NCBI RefSeq assembly: GCF_000006765.1
Contig: NC_002516.2
Length of the DNA stretch: 64,000 nucleotides
Strand: one strand, 5' to 3'
Source of the DNA: Pseudomonas aeruginosa PAO1
GTDB taxonomy: Bacteria > Pseudomonadota > Gammaproteobacteria > Pseudomonadales > Pseudomonadaceae
A model generated the notes under the pieces. It was not told the DNA's origin. It made no database searches and was given only the letters and a program-made list of their open reading frames with translations. Position 1 is the first letter of the stretch. The number at the start of each line of letters is the position of its first letter. The position numbers and the translations under genes were made by a program. Shown here one piece after another: positions 16,710 to 28,000 of the stretch.

Positions 16710-18755
16710 GTGAGCGCGAATCCCCTTCTGCAGGCCTACGACCTGCCGCCTTTCTCCTCCATTCGCCCGGAACACGTGAAGCCGGCCATCGAGCGGATCC
16801 TCGCCGATAACCGCGCCGCCATCGCCCGCCTGCTGGAAACCCAGCGCGAGCAGCCGACCTGGAAGGGCCTGGTGCTGGCGATGGACGAACTCAACGACCG
16901 TCTGGGCGCCGCCTGGAGTCCGGTCAGCCACCTCAACGCGGTGTGCAACAGCGCCGAGCTGCGCGAGGCCTACGAGGCCTGCCTGCCGGAGCTGTCGGCC
17001 TACTCCACCGAGCTGGGGCAGAACCGCGCCCTGTTCGAGGCCTACGAGGCGCTGGCGAAGAGCCCCGAGGCGGCCGGCTTCGACGTGGCCCAGAAAACCA
17101 TCCTCGAACACGCCCTGCGCGACTTCCGCCTGTCCGGCATCGACTTGCCGGCGGACAAGCAGAAGCGCTATGCCGAGGTGCAGTCGCGCCTGTCCGAGCT
17201 GGGTAGCCGTTTCTCCAACCAGCTGCTCGACGCCACCCAGGCCTGGACCAAGCATGTCACCGACGAAGCCGCGCTGGCCGGCCTGACCGATTCGGCCAAG
17301 GCCCAGATGAAGCAGGCCGCCGAGGCCAAGGGCCTGGACGGCTGGCTGATCAGCCTGGAGTTCCCCAGCTACTACGCAGTGATGACCTATGCCGATGACC
17401 GCGCCCTGCGCGAAGAGGTATACGCCGCCTACTGCACCCGCGCCTCCGACCAGGGCCCGAACGCCGGGCAGAACGACAACGGTCCGGTGATGGAAGAGAT
17501 CCTCGACTTGCGCCAGGAGCTGGCCGGCCTGCTCGGCTTCGCCAACTACGCCGAGCTGTCGCTGGCGACCAAGATGGCCGAGTCCAGCGACCAGGTGCTC
17601 AGCTTCCTCCGCGACCTGGCGGTGCGCAGCAAGCCGTTCGCCGCCCGCGACCTGGAGCAGCTGCGCGCCTACGCCGCCGAGCAGGGCTGCACCGAATTGC
17701 AGAGCTGGGACGCCGGCTACTACGCCGAGAAACTCCGCGAGGCGCGCTACAGCGTGTCCCAGGAGGCGCTGCGTGCCTACTTCCCGGTGGACAAGGTGCT
17801 TTCCGGCCTGTTCGCCATCGTCGAGCGCCTCTACGGCATCCAGATCCGCGAACTGCACGATTTCGAACGCTGGCACGCCGACGTACGCCTGTTCGAGATC
17901 CTCGAGAACGGCGAGCACGTCGGCCGCTTCTACTTCGACCTCTATGCCCGCGCCAACAAGCGCGGCGGTGCCTGGATGGACGGCGCCCGCGACCGCCGGC
18001 GCGACGCCCAGGGCCGGCTGATCGACCCGGTGGCCTACCTAGTGTGCAACTTCACCCCGGCGGTGAACGGCAAGCCGGCGCTGCTGACCCACGACGAGGT
18101 CACTACCCTGTTCCACGAGTTCGGCCATGGCCTGCACCACCTGCTGACCCGCGTCGAGCATGCCGCCGCCTCCGGGATCAACGGGGTGGCCTGGGACGCC
18201 GTCGAGCTGCCCAGCCAGTTCATGGAGAACTGGTGCTGGGAACCGGAAGGCCTGGCGCTGATCTCCGCCCACTACGAGACCGGCGTGGCGCTGCCGCAGG
18301 ACCTGCTGGAGAAGATGCTGGCGGCGAAGAACTTCCAGTCCGGGATGATGATGGTCCGCCAGCTGGAGTTCTCCCTCTTCGACTTCGAGCTGCACGCCAC
18401 CCACGGCGACGGCCGCAGCGTGCTGCAGGTGCTCGAGGGCATCCGCGACGAAGTGGCGGTGATGCGTCCGCCGGCGTACAACCGCTTCGCCAACAGCTTC
18501 GCGCACATCTTCGCCGGCGGCTACGCGGCCGGTTACTACAGCTACAAGTGGGCCGAGGTGCTGTCCGCCGATGCCTTCTCGCGTTTCGAGGAAGAAGGCG
18601 TGTTCAACCCCGATACCGGGCGTGCCTTCCGCGAGGCGATCCTGGCCCGCGGCGGCTCCCGCGAGCCGATGCTGTTGTTCGTCGATTTCCGCGGTCGCGA
18701 GCCGTCCATCGACGCCCTGCTGCGTCACTCCGGGCTGGTCGGGGAGGCCGCATGA
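16710..18755 (+). CDS. prlC: Oligopeptidase A (M3 metallopeptidase)
   Basis: GTG start; HEFGHGLH, WDAVELPSQFMENW, GYYSYKWAE. Confidence 0.96.
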   Translation: MSANPLLQAYDLPPFSSIRPEHVKPAIERILADNRAAIARLLETQREQPTWKGLVLAMDELNDRLGAAWSPVSHLNAVCNSAELREAYEACLPELSAYSTELGQNRALFEAYEALAKSPEAAGFDVAQKTILEHALRDFRLSGIDLPADKQKRYAEVQSRLSELGSRFSNQLLDATQAWTKHVTDEAALAGLTDSAKAQMKQAAEAKGLDGWLISLEFPSYYAVMTYADDRALREEVYAAYCTRASDQGPNAGQNDNGPVMEEILDLRQELAGLLGFANYAELSLATKMAESSDQVLSFLRDLAVRSKPFAARDLEQLRAYAAEQGCTELQSWDAGYYAEKLREARYSVSQEALRAYFPVDKVLSGLFAIVERLYGIQIRELHDFERWHADVRLFEILENGEHVGRFYFDLYARANKRGGAWMDGARDRRRDAQGRLIDPVAYLVCNFTPAVNGKPALLTHDEVTTLFHEFGHGLHHLLTRVEHAAASGINGVAWDAVELPSQFMENWCWEPEGLALISAHYETGVALPQDLLEKMLAAKNFQSGMMMVRQLEFSLFDFELHATHGDGRSVLQVLEGIRDEVAVMRPPAYNRFANSFAHIFAGGYAAGYYSYKWAEVLSADAFSRFEEEGVFNPDTGRAFREAILARGGSREPMLLFVDFRGREPSIDALLRHSGLVGEAA

Positions 18756-19027
18756 GCCCGGCGATCACCAGGAAGCGCTTCATCGCCGGGGCGGTCTGCC
18801 CGGCGTGCAGCGAACAGGACAAGATCCAGATGTGGGAAGAGGACGGCGTGCCGCACCGCGAATGCGTGGCCTGCGGCTACGCCGACACGCTCAACGCCCA
18901 GGGCCAGTCGATCCCGAAGGAGCTGGGTACGCGGGTCAACCAGAACGCGCCGAAGCCGGCCAACCCGAAGGTGCAGTCGGTGCAGTTCTTCCCCAATCCC
19001 AAGCTGAAGAAGAAGCCCGACGCCTGA
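18752..19027 (+). CDS. YheV-family zinc-ribbon protein
   Basis: KRFIAGAVCPAC...ECVACG; ATGA overlap with the prlC stop. Confidence 0.88.
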   Translation: MSPAITRKRFIAGAVCPACSEQDKIQMWEEDGVPHRECVACGYADTLNAQGQSIPKELGTRVNQNAPKPANPKVQSVQFFPNPKLKKKPDA

Positions 19028-19079
19028 CCGCTCGCCGCCGACCGGCGGCGATGGCTGTGGGCCGGGGCCCGGTGCGATA

Positions 19080-19095
19080 CTGTATCCATATACAG
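19080..19095. promoter_or_regulatory. LexA (SOS) box
   Basis: CTGTATCCATATACAG fits CTG-N10-CAG, within the near-perfect palindrome TACTGTATCCATATACAGTA, 20 nt before ATG 19116. Confidence 0.9.
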
Positions 19096-19115
19096 TATTT
19101 CGCCGGGTTCCCCTC

Positions 19116-20174
19116 ATGAGCGCTCCCCTGCCCCCGCGCGGTCGCGGTACCGCCAGCAACCCCCTCAACCGCTTCGCCCCGACCCACAGCGAGGCCTTCG
19201 ACGATGGCTGGGAGCAGGACGTGCCGCCGATCCAGCTCACCGAGGTGCGCGAGGAGATCGCCCGCACGGTGATCTCCCGCAACCAGTCGCCGGACCTCCC
19301 TTTCGATCGTTCGATCAATCCCTACCGTGGTTGCGAGCATGGCTGCATCTACTGCTATGCGCGGCCCAGCCATGCCTATTGGGACCTCTCGCCGGGGATC
19401 GATTTCGAGACCCGGCTGATCGCCAAGAGCAACGTCGCCAGCGCGCTGGAGCAGGAACTGAGCAAGCCCGGCTATCGCTGCGCGCCGATCAACCTGGGCG
19501 CCAATACCGACCCCTACCAGCCGCTGGAGCGCGAACGCCGCCTGACCCGCCAGGTGCTGGAGGTGCTGCTGCGCTTCCGTCACCCGCTGACCATCGTCAC
19601 CAAGGGCTCGCTGATCCTTCGCGACCTCGACCTGCTGCGCGAACTGGCGGAGCAGAACCTGGTGGCGGTGATGATCAGCCTGACCACCCTCGACGACGAG
19701 CTGAAGCGCATTCTCGAACCGCGCGCGGCGGCGCCCTCGGCGCGACTGCGGGCGATCCGCACGCTCAGCGGCAACGGCATCCCGGTGGGCGTGCTCTGCT
19801 CGCCGATGATCCCGATGGTCAACGACATGGAGCTGGAGCGCCTGCTCCAGGCGGCGCGGGACGCCGGCGCGCGCAGCGCCGCGTACATGCTCCTGCGCCT
19901 GCCGCGCGAAGTCGGCCCGCTGTTCGAGGAATGGCTGGCGGCGCACTACCCGCAACGCGCCGAGCATGTGATGAGCCTGGTCCGCCAATGCCGTGGCGGC
20001 GAGGTCTACGACAGCCGCTTCGGCCACCGCTTTCGTGGCCAGGGACCGTTCGCCGACCTGCTGGCGCAGCGTTTCGCGGTGGCGATGAAGCGCCTCGGGC
20101 TGGACCGCCGCGAGGGCTTCGGGCTGGATTGCAGCCGGTTCGCCGTGCCGGGGGCGCAGATGGCGTTGTTCTAG
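19116..20174 (+). CDS. Radical SAM protein, spore-photoproduct-lyase-like (PA0069 family)
   Basis: CEHGCIYC (CxxxCxxC), NTDPYQP, TKG. Confidence 0.92.
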   Translation: MSAPLPPRGRGTASNPLNRFAPTHSEAFDDGWEQDVPPIQLTEVREEIARTVISRNQSPDLPFDRSINPYRGCEHGCIYCYARPSHAYWDLSPGIDFETRLIAKSNVASALEQELSKPGYRCAPINLGANTDPYQPLERERRLTRQVLEVLLRFRHPLTIVTKGSLILRDLDLLRELAEQNLVAVMISLTTLDDELKRILEPRAAAPSARLRAIRTLSGNGIPVGVLCSPMIPMVNDMELERLLQAARDAGARSAAYMLLRLPREVGPLFEEWLAAHYPQRAEHVMSLVRQCRGGEVYDSRFGHRFRGQGPFADLLAQRFAVAMKRLGLDRREGFGLDCSRFAVPGAQMALF

Positions 20175-20349
20175 CGTTTTCCCCGCGGTGCAGCATTTCG
20201 TATAGGGCGGAGTAGCGGCGGAGCGTGCCGGTGGCGATATCCGCCCTGCGGGAAGAACCGCTGCCGCCGGGAAGCCGGAAACGTCGGAAGCAGCCGTCCC
20301 GGCGAACGCTCGACCTTCAGGCCGGTCGGGTCAGCGCGCCAGCCCCCTC

Positions 20350-20377
20350 AACGAAACGGCGACCCGAAGGTCGCCGT
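20350..20377 (-). terminator. Intrinsic terminator downstream of tagQ1
   Basis: Minus strand ACGGCGACC-TTCG-GGTCGCCGT followed by TTCGTT. Confidence 0.65.
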
Positions 20378-20403
20378 CGCGTTCGTGCCGGTAACGAGGC
20401 CGA

Positions 20404-21318
20404 TCAGGCCTTGGCGCAGCTCGGCGGCGCCCAGTCGCCCATGTCCGGGCTGTTGCAGACTTCCCGGATCATGCCCTGGCCCTGGGAGGCCACCTTGTTG
20501 CCTTCGCTTTGCGCGTCCTGGGCCTTGCGGATGGTCTGCTCGGTGGCGACCGCTTCCTTCGGCACCTTGGGATTGCTGCCGGTCTTGGGCTTGCTGCCGC
20601 CTTTCGTAGTGCTGGCGCGGTTCTCGGCCTCGGCGACCTTGGTCACCTCGGCGCGCGGTACGCCGACCTGCTGCAGGTCTTTCTCGTAGGCCTGGGTGTA
20701 GTTGCTGATGTTCTCGCCGGCACGGCCGTTGGCGGCGACCAGCAAGGCGTTGGTCTCCTGCAGGCCGCTGACGATCTCGGCCAGGCGCTTGCGCCCTTCG
20801 GCTTCGTTGATCGACTTGTTCTTGCGACCGTCGAGCAGAGCCTTGAACTGGCTCTGGTAGCAGCTTTGCGCCGACTTGGCGTAGGCCACGCTACGGTTGA
20901 TCTCGACGGTGCTGCGGTCGACGTCGGTACCGTAGGAGCCGATGCGCGCGCGGTCATCGCTGATCTGCTTCTGCTTCTCCATGTAGTAGCCCGCCGCGCC
21001 GCCGGCCAGGGCGCCGCCTGCGGCAGCGAGGGCGGCATTGCGGCCGCGGTTCTCGTCGCTGGCCAGGCCGCCGGCCAGGCCGCCCAGGAGGCCGCCGGTA
21101 ATGGCGCCGGTGATGGCCGAATTGCGCACTGCGTTATCGGTGCTGCGCAGGTGCGACACCGGCTCGTAGCAGGACGGGTAGTATTCCGCGCGGGTGGTCT
21201 GGGCGACCGAGCCGACGCCGCTGCTGGCGCAGCCGCTGAGCAGCACGCCGCTGGCGGTCAACAGGCAGAGCGCGTAGCGCGCCGAGGTGATCAAACGGTT
21301 TTCGCTGGGTTGGCTCAT
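20404..21318 (-). CDS. tagQ1: T6SS-associated outer-membrane lipoprotein TagQ
   Basis: Lipobox LLSGC, glycine zipper, locus position. Confidence 0.9.
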   Translation of the reverse strand: MSQPSENRLITSARYALCLLTASGVLLSGCASSGVGSVAQTTRAEYYPSCYEPVSHLRSTDNAVRNSAITGAITGGLLGGLAGGLASDENRGRNAALAAAGGALAGGAAGYYMEKQKQISDDRARIGSYGTDVDRSTVEINRSVAYAKSAQSCYQSQFKALLDGRKNKSINEAEGRKRLAEIVSGLQETNALLVAANGRAGENISNYTQAYEKDLQQVGVPRAEVTKVAEAENRASTTKGGSKPKTGSNPKVPKEAVATEQTIRKAQDAQSEGNKVASQGQGMIREVCNSPDMGDWAPPSCAKA

Positions 21319-21379
21319 TGCATCTCACTCCTGGTTTGATGAACCGCCCGGCTGCCGAGAGGGGCCGGACGGAACTCCT

Positions 21380-23092
21380 TCAACGCCCGCTGGACGCGAG
21401 CAATTCCTTCAATACCGCCTCCGGCTCGGCCCGGTGCTGCTGGCGATAATCTCCGACGTGTTTGACGAACAGGGTCGCGCGCTTGACCAGGCTCTTGCCC
21501 AGAACCGGGTTGCGATTGAGTTCTTCCTGGATGCGCTGGAACTGCGCCTGGATCACCGCGTCGGTGTAACGGGTGCCGGTGGCGAGGTTGTCGATGTAGA
21601 TGGCCAATGCGCCATCGAGGGCGCTGCGCCCGTTGGCGATGGCGCCGGCATAGAGCTGGGCGGTCGCCTGATCCCTGGCTGCCACGGCTTTCTCCCTGTC
21701 CTTCTTGAGGTTGGTCAGGCGTATGTTGTAGTTGTTGATCGTCTCGGCGACCAGTGCCGCCGACTGTATCAGGTTTCCGGCGGCCTCTTCGCGCTGCCGG
21801 GCGATCAACGAAACGTTACGCTTGAGTTCCTCGTTTATCTGGGCCAACTGCGCCTGCATCTGCGGGTCGCGGGTGGCGGCAATGATTCCGTCCAATTGCT
21901 TGGTGGGATCTTGAGCGTCATCGATGGCATCGGTCAATGCCGCTAGTCGGCCTTCCTTCTGCCATTGGGCGAACAGCTCGGGATAGCGCGAGCGCGGCGC
22001 GGACAGCGCGCCGATGGCGACACGGAAACCGGTGGTCTCGTTGCGCTGTTCGCTGCCGTCGGCGGCGAACAGCGGGTATTCGCGGCGCATCCCGGTGAAT
22101 AGAGTCATCTCGCCTTCGAGATAGTTCCCGCCCTTCACCACGAAACCGCCATATGTGCCCTGCCGGCGACCGGCGTGGACCAGTTGGAAGGACTCCTGGA
22201 CCATCTCCGCGGCATTGCCGATCACGTCGAACAGGCCCAGCGGGTTCGGCCGCTTCATCCCTACCGGCAACAGTCGCGCGGCCTGCCCGGTGCCGCCGGC
22301 GACCTGGTTGTACACCGCCCAGTCGCCCAGCGGGCCTTCCTGGTCGCTGCCCTCGACCTTGCGCGGGAACAGCCGGCCTTCCAGTTCCTGGCGGCTTACC
22401 GCCTGGCCGCCGCGCGCGGCGAACTCCCACTCGACCTCGGTGGGCAGGCGGACGAAGCCGATGCCGCCGTCCTCGGGATTCTTGCCGCGGCCGCTGACCG
22501 GCAGCAGTTCCGGGTGGTTCTTCAGCAGCCAGGCGCTGTACACCGCGCCGAAGCGTTCGGCGTCGAAGCGCGAGAGGTTGACCTTGGGCAGCCGCGCGGC
22601 CATTCCGTCCGGCACGTCGCAGGCCGGCGCCTCGCCCTGGCCGGAGAGCGCGGCCGCCTGGCTCATCACCGCGGCGTACTGGCGGGCGGTCACCTCGTAC
22701 TTGCCGATGAAGTACAGCATCGGCTTCAGCGGGGTGCCGGCGGCAGGCTTCGGCAGGCTGGCGGAGAGCTTCTGCTGCCAGGCCGGTGCCAGGTCGGCGA
22801 GGCTGAACTGGCCGTTCACGTAGTCGCGCCGGTAGCCGGAGATGAACGACTGCTGGTAGCCCGCCTCGCCTTCGTTGAAGGCGTAGCCGAGGTTGACCTC
22901 GCGATCGTCGAGGGCGCCTTCGGCGAGTACGTAGACATGCCGGAAGACCATCTCGCCGCCACACGGCAGCGGCAGGGCGACGTCGTCGGCCAGCGGCTTG
23001 GGATTGTCCGGCGAGTCGCCTTCGGCCCAGGCCGGCGCGGCAAATGCCAGGCAGGCGCCGAGGGCGAGCGGAAGAATGGCTTTCTCAAACAT
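21380..23092 (-). CDS. tagR1: T6SS activator TagR (FGE-sulfatase domain)
   Basis: Signal peptide; RLPTEVEWEFAARGG, NPLGLFDVIGN. Confidence 0.9.
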   Translation of the reverse strand: MFEKAILPLALGACLAFAAPAWAEGDSPDNPKPLADDVALPLPCGGEMVFRHVYVLAEGALDDREVNLGYAFNEGEAGYQQSFISGYRRDYVNGQFSLADLAPAWQQKLSASLPKPAAGTPLKPMLYFIGKYEVTARQYAAVMSQAAALSGQGEAPACDVPDGMAARLPKVNLSRFDAERFGAVYSAWLLKNHPELLPVSGRGKNPEDGGIGFVRLPTEVEWEFAARGGQAVSRQELEGRLFPRKVEGSDQEGPLGDWAVYNQVAGGTGQAARLLPVGMKRPNPLGLFDVIGNAAEMVQESFQLVHAGRRQGTYGGFVVKGGNYLEGEMTLFTGMRREYPLFAADGSEQRNETTGFRVAIGALSAPRSRYPELFAQWQKEGRLAALTDAIDDAQDPTKQLDGIIAATRDPQMQAQLAQINEELKRNVSLIARQREEAAGNLIQSAALVAETINNYNIRLTNLKKDREKAVAARDQATAQLYAGAIANGRSALDGALAIYIDNLATGTRYTDAVIQAQFQRIQEELNRNPVLGKSLVKRATLFVKHVGDYRQQHRAEPEAVLKELLASSGR

Positions 23093-24284
23093 CGCGTAAT
23101 CCCTCTGCGGCTTCGATCCGCGCCGCGCGCCAGCCGCCGCTGGCGGCGGCCAGGACGCTGCACAGCAGCGTGGCGAGCAGCGCCGTCAGGTAGTGGCTGG
23201 GCAGCAGGCGGCAGACGAACTCGCCGCTCTGGTTGTCGAACAGGTGGTTCAGCGCGCCGGCCGTGGCGGCGTACAGCAGCCCGGCGAGGAACAGGCCGAA
23301 GACGGCGCTGAACAGCGCCAGGAGCATGACGAAGCCGACCAGCGCGGCGGTCGGGAAGCCCAGCAGACGTAGCACCGCCAGGGCCCGGCGCTTGCGTTCG
23401 ACGGCGGCCAGGCTGCTGGCGGCGATGGCGGCGAAGGCACCGCCGATGGCCAGCGCGGCGACGATCCAGAACACCAGGCCGAGGTTGCGGCTGAGGCTGC
23501 GCACCTGGGCGATGGCCTCGGCCTGGGTGGCGACTTCCACGCCACTCGCGACGAAGTGCCGGCGCAGCCCTTCCACCGCATCGAGGTCTCGGGCGTACAG
23601 GCGGAAGCCCGGGTAGATGCGTGCGCGCGGGGTCTCGCCGGCCTTTCCCGGCCAGCCGTAGGCGGCCACCGCGCGACCGTCGCGATAGTCCTCGGCGGCT
23701 TCCAGCAGGGCCAGCGGGGCGAACAGCGCGTCGCGGGCGAAACGCTCCTGCGGCAGCACCGCGAGCACTTCCAGCTCCAGGCGCTGGCTCTGTGCCTGGC
23801 CATCCATGCGCCGGCCGATGCGCGCGACGATGCGCTCGCCAGGCTGGGCGCCGAGTTTTTCCGCGGCGCCGTGGCTGAGCACCACGCGGGTCGGCCGGTC
23901 GGGTTGCGGCAGGCCGGCCAGCAGCGGGTCGCCGGCGGCGCTGGGAATCATCTCGACGCTCAGGGCGGTCTCGCCGCCGCCGCTGAGGTCGGCGGTGGCG
24001 GCGATCTGCCGGGTGCGCGGCACGGCGAAGGCGACGTCCGCGCGTGCGGCCAGGGCGGCGATGTCCTCGGCACGGTAGCGGGCGCCGCCGACCGGAATGA
24101 TCTCGCGCACCGAAGGCGCGCGCTCCAGCCGCTCGGTGAGGGTGCTGACCAGGCCGTACTTGAGGCCGAACAGCACCAGCAGCGGGGTGATCACCGCCGC
24201 CAGGGCGAAGATCGCGCAGAGCGACAGGCGCGCCTCGCCGCGGTAGTCGGCCCAGGCCAGCGAGAGCAGCAGGCCGGCGCGCAT
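23085..24284 (-). CDS. tagS1: ABC transporter permease TagS
   Basis: FtsX/MacB-like topology; VERKRRALAVLRLLG. Confidence 0.9.
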   Translation of the reverse strand: MRAGLLLSLAWADYRGEARLSLCAIFALAAVITPLLVLFGLKYGLVSTLTERLERAPSVREIIPVGGARYRAEDIAALAARADVAFAVPRTRQIAATADLSGGGETALSVEMIPSAAGDPLLAGLPQPDRPTRVVLSHGAAEKLGAQPGERIVARIGRRMDGQAQSQRLELEVLAVLPQERFARDALFAPLALLEAAEDYRDGRAVAAYGWPGKAGETPRARIYPGFRLYARDLDAVEGLRRHFVASGVEVATQAEAIAQVRSLSRNLGLVFWIVAALAIGGAFAAIAASSLAAVERKRRALAVLRLLGFPTAALVGFVMLLALFSAVFGLFLAGLLYAATAGALNHLFDNQSGEFVCRLLPSHYLTALLATLLCSVLAAASGGWRAARIEAAEGLRDV

Positions 24285-25003
24285 CAGCCAACTTCCTCGA
24301 GGCAGGCGCCGACGCTGTCGTCGGCCTCGCGTTGCCAGCGGATGGCCAGGACTTCCAGGCCGGCGGCGCGAGCCAGGCGTTCGTCGTGGGTGGCGACCAC
24401 GGTGCAGGCGCCGCGCTCGCGGGCCTGCTCCACCAGCAGGCGCATCACCCGTTCGGCGTTCAGCGGGTCGAGCGCCGCGGTCGGCTCGTCGGCCAGCAAC
24501 AGGCGCGGCGCATGCGCCAGGGCGCGGGCGATGGCGACCCGCTGGCGCTGGCCGACCGATAGCGCCGCCGGTTTCTTGTCCAGCTGGTCGCCGATTTCCA
24601 GCCGCTCGGCCAGCGCCTGTACGCGCTCGGCGGATGGGGCGCCGAGCAACGCGCAGGGCAGTCCGATGTTGCGCCGCACATCGAGGAACTCGAGCAACCC
24701 GCCGCTTTGCAGCACGTAGCCGCAGTGCTGCCGGCGCAGCGCCGCCAAGCGGTCCTGGCGGCCGTCGCGCCAGAGCGCGGCGATGTCCTGCGGGCGTTCC
24801 CCGGCGAGGAATTCGAAGCGCCCGCCCGGGTCCGGCGCCAGGGCCAGCGCCAGCAGGTCGAGCAGGGTGCTCTTGCCGCAGCCGCTGGGGCCGACGATGG
24901 CCAGCTGGCGACCCGCGCGCAATTCCAGCGCCGGCACCCGCAGGCGGTAGCGCTGGCGACCGGCGCCGTGGCTGCGGGCGACCTCGTGCAGGCGCAGGAT
25001 CAT
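24284..25003 (-). CDS. tagT1: ABC ATPase TagT
   Basis: GPSGCGKS, LSVGQ, LLADE. Confidence 0.92.
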   Translation of the reverse strand: MILRLHEVARSHGAGRQRYRLRVPALELRAGRQLAIVGPSGCGKSTLLDLLALALAPDPGGRFEFLAGERPQDIAALWRDGRQDRLAALRRQHCGYVLQSGGLLEFLDVRRNIGLPCALLGAPSAERVQALAERLEIGDQLDKKPAALSVGQRQRVAIARALAHAPRLLLADEPTAALDPLNAERVMRLLVEQARERGACTVVATHDERLARAAGLEVLAIRWQREADDSVGACLEEVG

Positions 25004-28000
25004 GGCAGCGTCGACAGCGGCACGCGGTACAGCGCGTCGCCGGCGTCGGCGTCGCCGAACCGGACCCAGTTGGCGACGTCGTTGTGGAAGGTTTCGTAGA
25101 GGCGGATCTTCGACTCCAGTTCGTCGATGAAGTCCTGCTGTTCGGCGACGCTCAGCGACAGCCAGAGGTCCTGGGTCATGTTCAGCGACTTGCTGCGGTA
25201 CGGCAGGCCTTCCAGGTATTCGCCGAGTACGCCGCTCTGCGCCAGGTTGCTGCCCTTCACCAGTTGCGCCGGGTCGCGGCTCATGTAGGCGCTGGCGCTG
25301 GCGATTTCCTGGAAGAAGTCCTTGGGCGAGGTCTGGGTGCGCTTGGCCGCGTCGACGATCAGTTTCAGCGACTGTTGCAGTTCGTTGAGTTGCAGCTTGC
25401 TCAGCAGCACGCAGACCTGGAACGCCGGCAGCGCCGGGTTGGTCAGGTCACGGTCGGCGGTCCAGGCGGTGACGACCTGCGGCGCGCGCACCGGGTCGCG
25501 GCGACCGAGGAATTCCATCTGCATGGCGTAGCCGATGGCCGCCGACTTGCTCGCCACGCTTGGCGCGGCGTCGAAGCGCGGCGCCTGCGGCTTGCGGTTG
25601 CCGGCGTCGTGGACCAGGTCGGCGAACACCGTGCCGATCTCCTTCACCGTGTTGCCGAAGGCGTTCACCTCGCCGCCGGCCACCGGGATGTAGAGGTCGG
25701 CGATCTTCGGGTTGGCGTCGGCGGTGAGGCTGCGGTACTGCTGCTCGGCGTAGCCGTGGTTGTTCTTCCCGGCCGGGGTGCGCAGGTGCAGGGCATAGAT
25801 CTTCACGCCCTTGCGCAGCGCCGCCTGGCGGACCTCGGCCTCGTTCATCTGGGTGCGCCCGAGCGGGTCGTTCTTGCGCAGCGCGCCGGCGTCGGTGACC
25901 AGCAGCACCACGCGCCCGGCGTAGGGCGACCAGTCCATTTCGTCGACCGCCTGCATGATCCCGGCGAAGGCGTCTTCGTTGAACGAGTGGCTGGAGACGT
26001 CGGTGGCGCGCACCTGGCTGCTCAACTCGGCGAAGCGCTGCGCGTCGTTGCCCGGTTGCAGCGGCACCAGGGTCTTGCTGACGTATTCCAGGCCGGGGGT
26101 CTTGTCGGTGTTGTTGCGGAAACCGACCAGGCCGAAGCTGACCTTGTCCAGGTCGCCGCGCTCGCCGATCTGCCGCTGCAGGCCGTCGATCACCTCGCGC
26201 ACGCGGTCGATGTAGGGCTGCATCGACACCGAGGTGTCCACCACCAGGACGATGCCGGTGCGGAAGGTGTCGCTCGCCGCGCCGCTGGCGCCGCCCTGCC
26301 CGGCCTGGCCCGGCGCCTGGGGTGCCGCGGCGCTGCCGCCGGGGTCGATCGAGGCGACCTCCAGCAACTGCGCCGGCTGGCCGTCGGCGTCGAAGCTTTC
26401 CTTCGAGTCGAAGATCGGCAGCAGGTAGAACTGGTCCTGGGGGATCGCCCGGTCGTTGGGCTCGACCGCGACCACCTGCGGATCGCCCTTGTGATCCACC
26501 GCCTGGGTCAGGGTGTCGCGCGCTGCGCGGGTATCGCCGAGCAGGCGCTCGACCTGCTCGGCGCTGTTGAGGAACATCACCGGCGCGCGGCCGGAGCGTT
26601 CGGTGAACTTCAGCACCAGGCTCTGCTTCCAGTCGCTCACCGCGCTAGCCGGCAGCCAGCCGTCGCCCTCGCCGTTGCTGGAGGCGCCGACGCGCAGCCA
26701 GGGGCTGCCGCCGACCTGCTTGCGGGCGTACACGTAGAGCACCGAGAAGGCCGGCACCGCGCCGGCCCGGGGCGGGCCGCCAGCCTCGGCGGAGATGGCC
26801 GCGCCGGGTTTGGTCAGGACGCGCTGGAACAGCGTCTTCTTGCCTGGCATCAGCAGCGGACGCTCGCCGCCGTCCTGTTCGGCATCGGCCACCGGGGTCT
26901 GCTGCTGCGGCTTGTCCGCCGGCGTCTGTCCCAGCGGCGCTGGATCGGCAGCGCTCGGCGCGTCGCCCGAGCCCAGCAGCCACCAGGCGCCGCCGCCGAT
27001 CGCCAGGAGCACGGCGGCCGCGGCGGCGGCGATCAACGGCGTGCGGCTGCCGCCGGCACGTGGCTTCGCCGGCGGCAACGGAGGCGGCGGGGGCGATGGC
27101 GGTTTCGCCGCTTGCGACGGCGGAGGCGGAGGCGGCGTGGCGCCGCCGGCGCTGGGCGTGACCGGCGGCAACTGGATCGACACCGGTTGCAGGCCGCCGA
27201 GGTCGGCGGGCGGCAGGGGCGCGGGTTCGGCCGGCGGCGGGTTGCTCGCTCGCGGCGAGCCCTGCGGCGTCGCCAGCGGACGGATCTGGGTGGCTTCCAG
27301 GGCGCTCGGCGCCAGGCGGTCGAGGGCGGCGATCAACGCGCCGGCGGTGGGGAAGCGCTCGGCCGGGTCCTTGGCCAGCAACTGGCGCAGGATGTCCTGG
27401 TAGCGGCCCTGCTCGATCGGCAGTTCCGGCAGCGGCTCGGTGAGGTGGGCCAGGGCGGTGGAGAGCGAGTCCTTGCCGTTGTAGGGCAGCTTGCCGGTGA
27501 GGATCTCGTAGAGCACCACGCCCAGCGCGTAGAGGTCGGCGCGGCCGTCGATCTCCTGCCCGCGGGCCTGCTCCGGGCTCATGTAGCTGGGGGTGCCGAC
27601 GGCGAAGCCGACCTGGGTGAACTGGGTATTGTCCTCGATCGACTTGGCGATGCCGAAGTCCGAGAGCACCGCGGTGCCGTCGGCGCGGAACAGGATGTTG
27701 GCCGGCTTCACGTCGCGATGCACCAGGCCCTGGGAGTGCGCGTAGCCGAGCGCGGCGGCCACCTGCCGTACGTAGGCCAGGCCCTGCTCGGGATCGAGGC
27801 CCTGCTGGATGCGCTCCTTGAGCGTGCCGTTGGGCAGGTATTCCATGGCCATGTAGTAGCAACTGCCGACGTTGCCGATGTCGTGGATGGTCACCGTGTT
27901 CGGGTGCGACAGCCGCGCCAGGGTCCGACCTTCGCGCAGGAAGCGTTCGGCGAAGCTCGGGTCGGCGGCCAGCGCCGCGGCCATCACCTTCAGCGCCACC

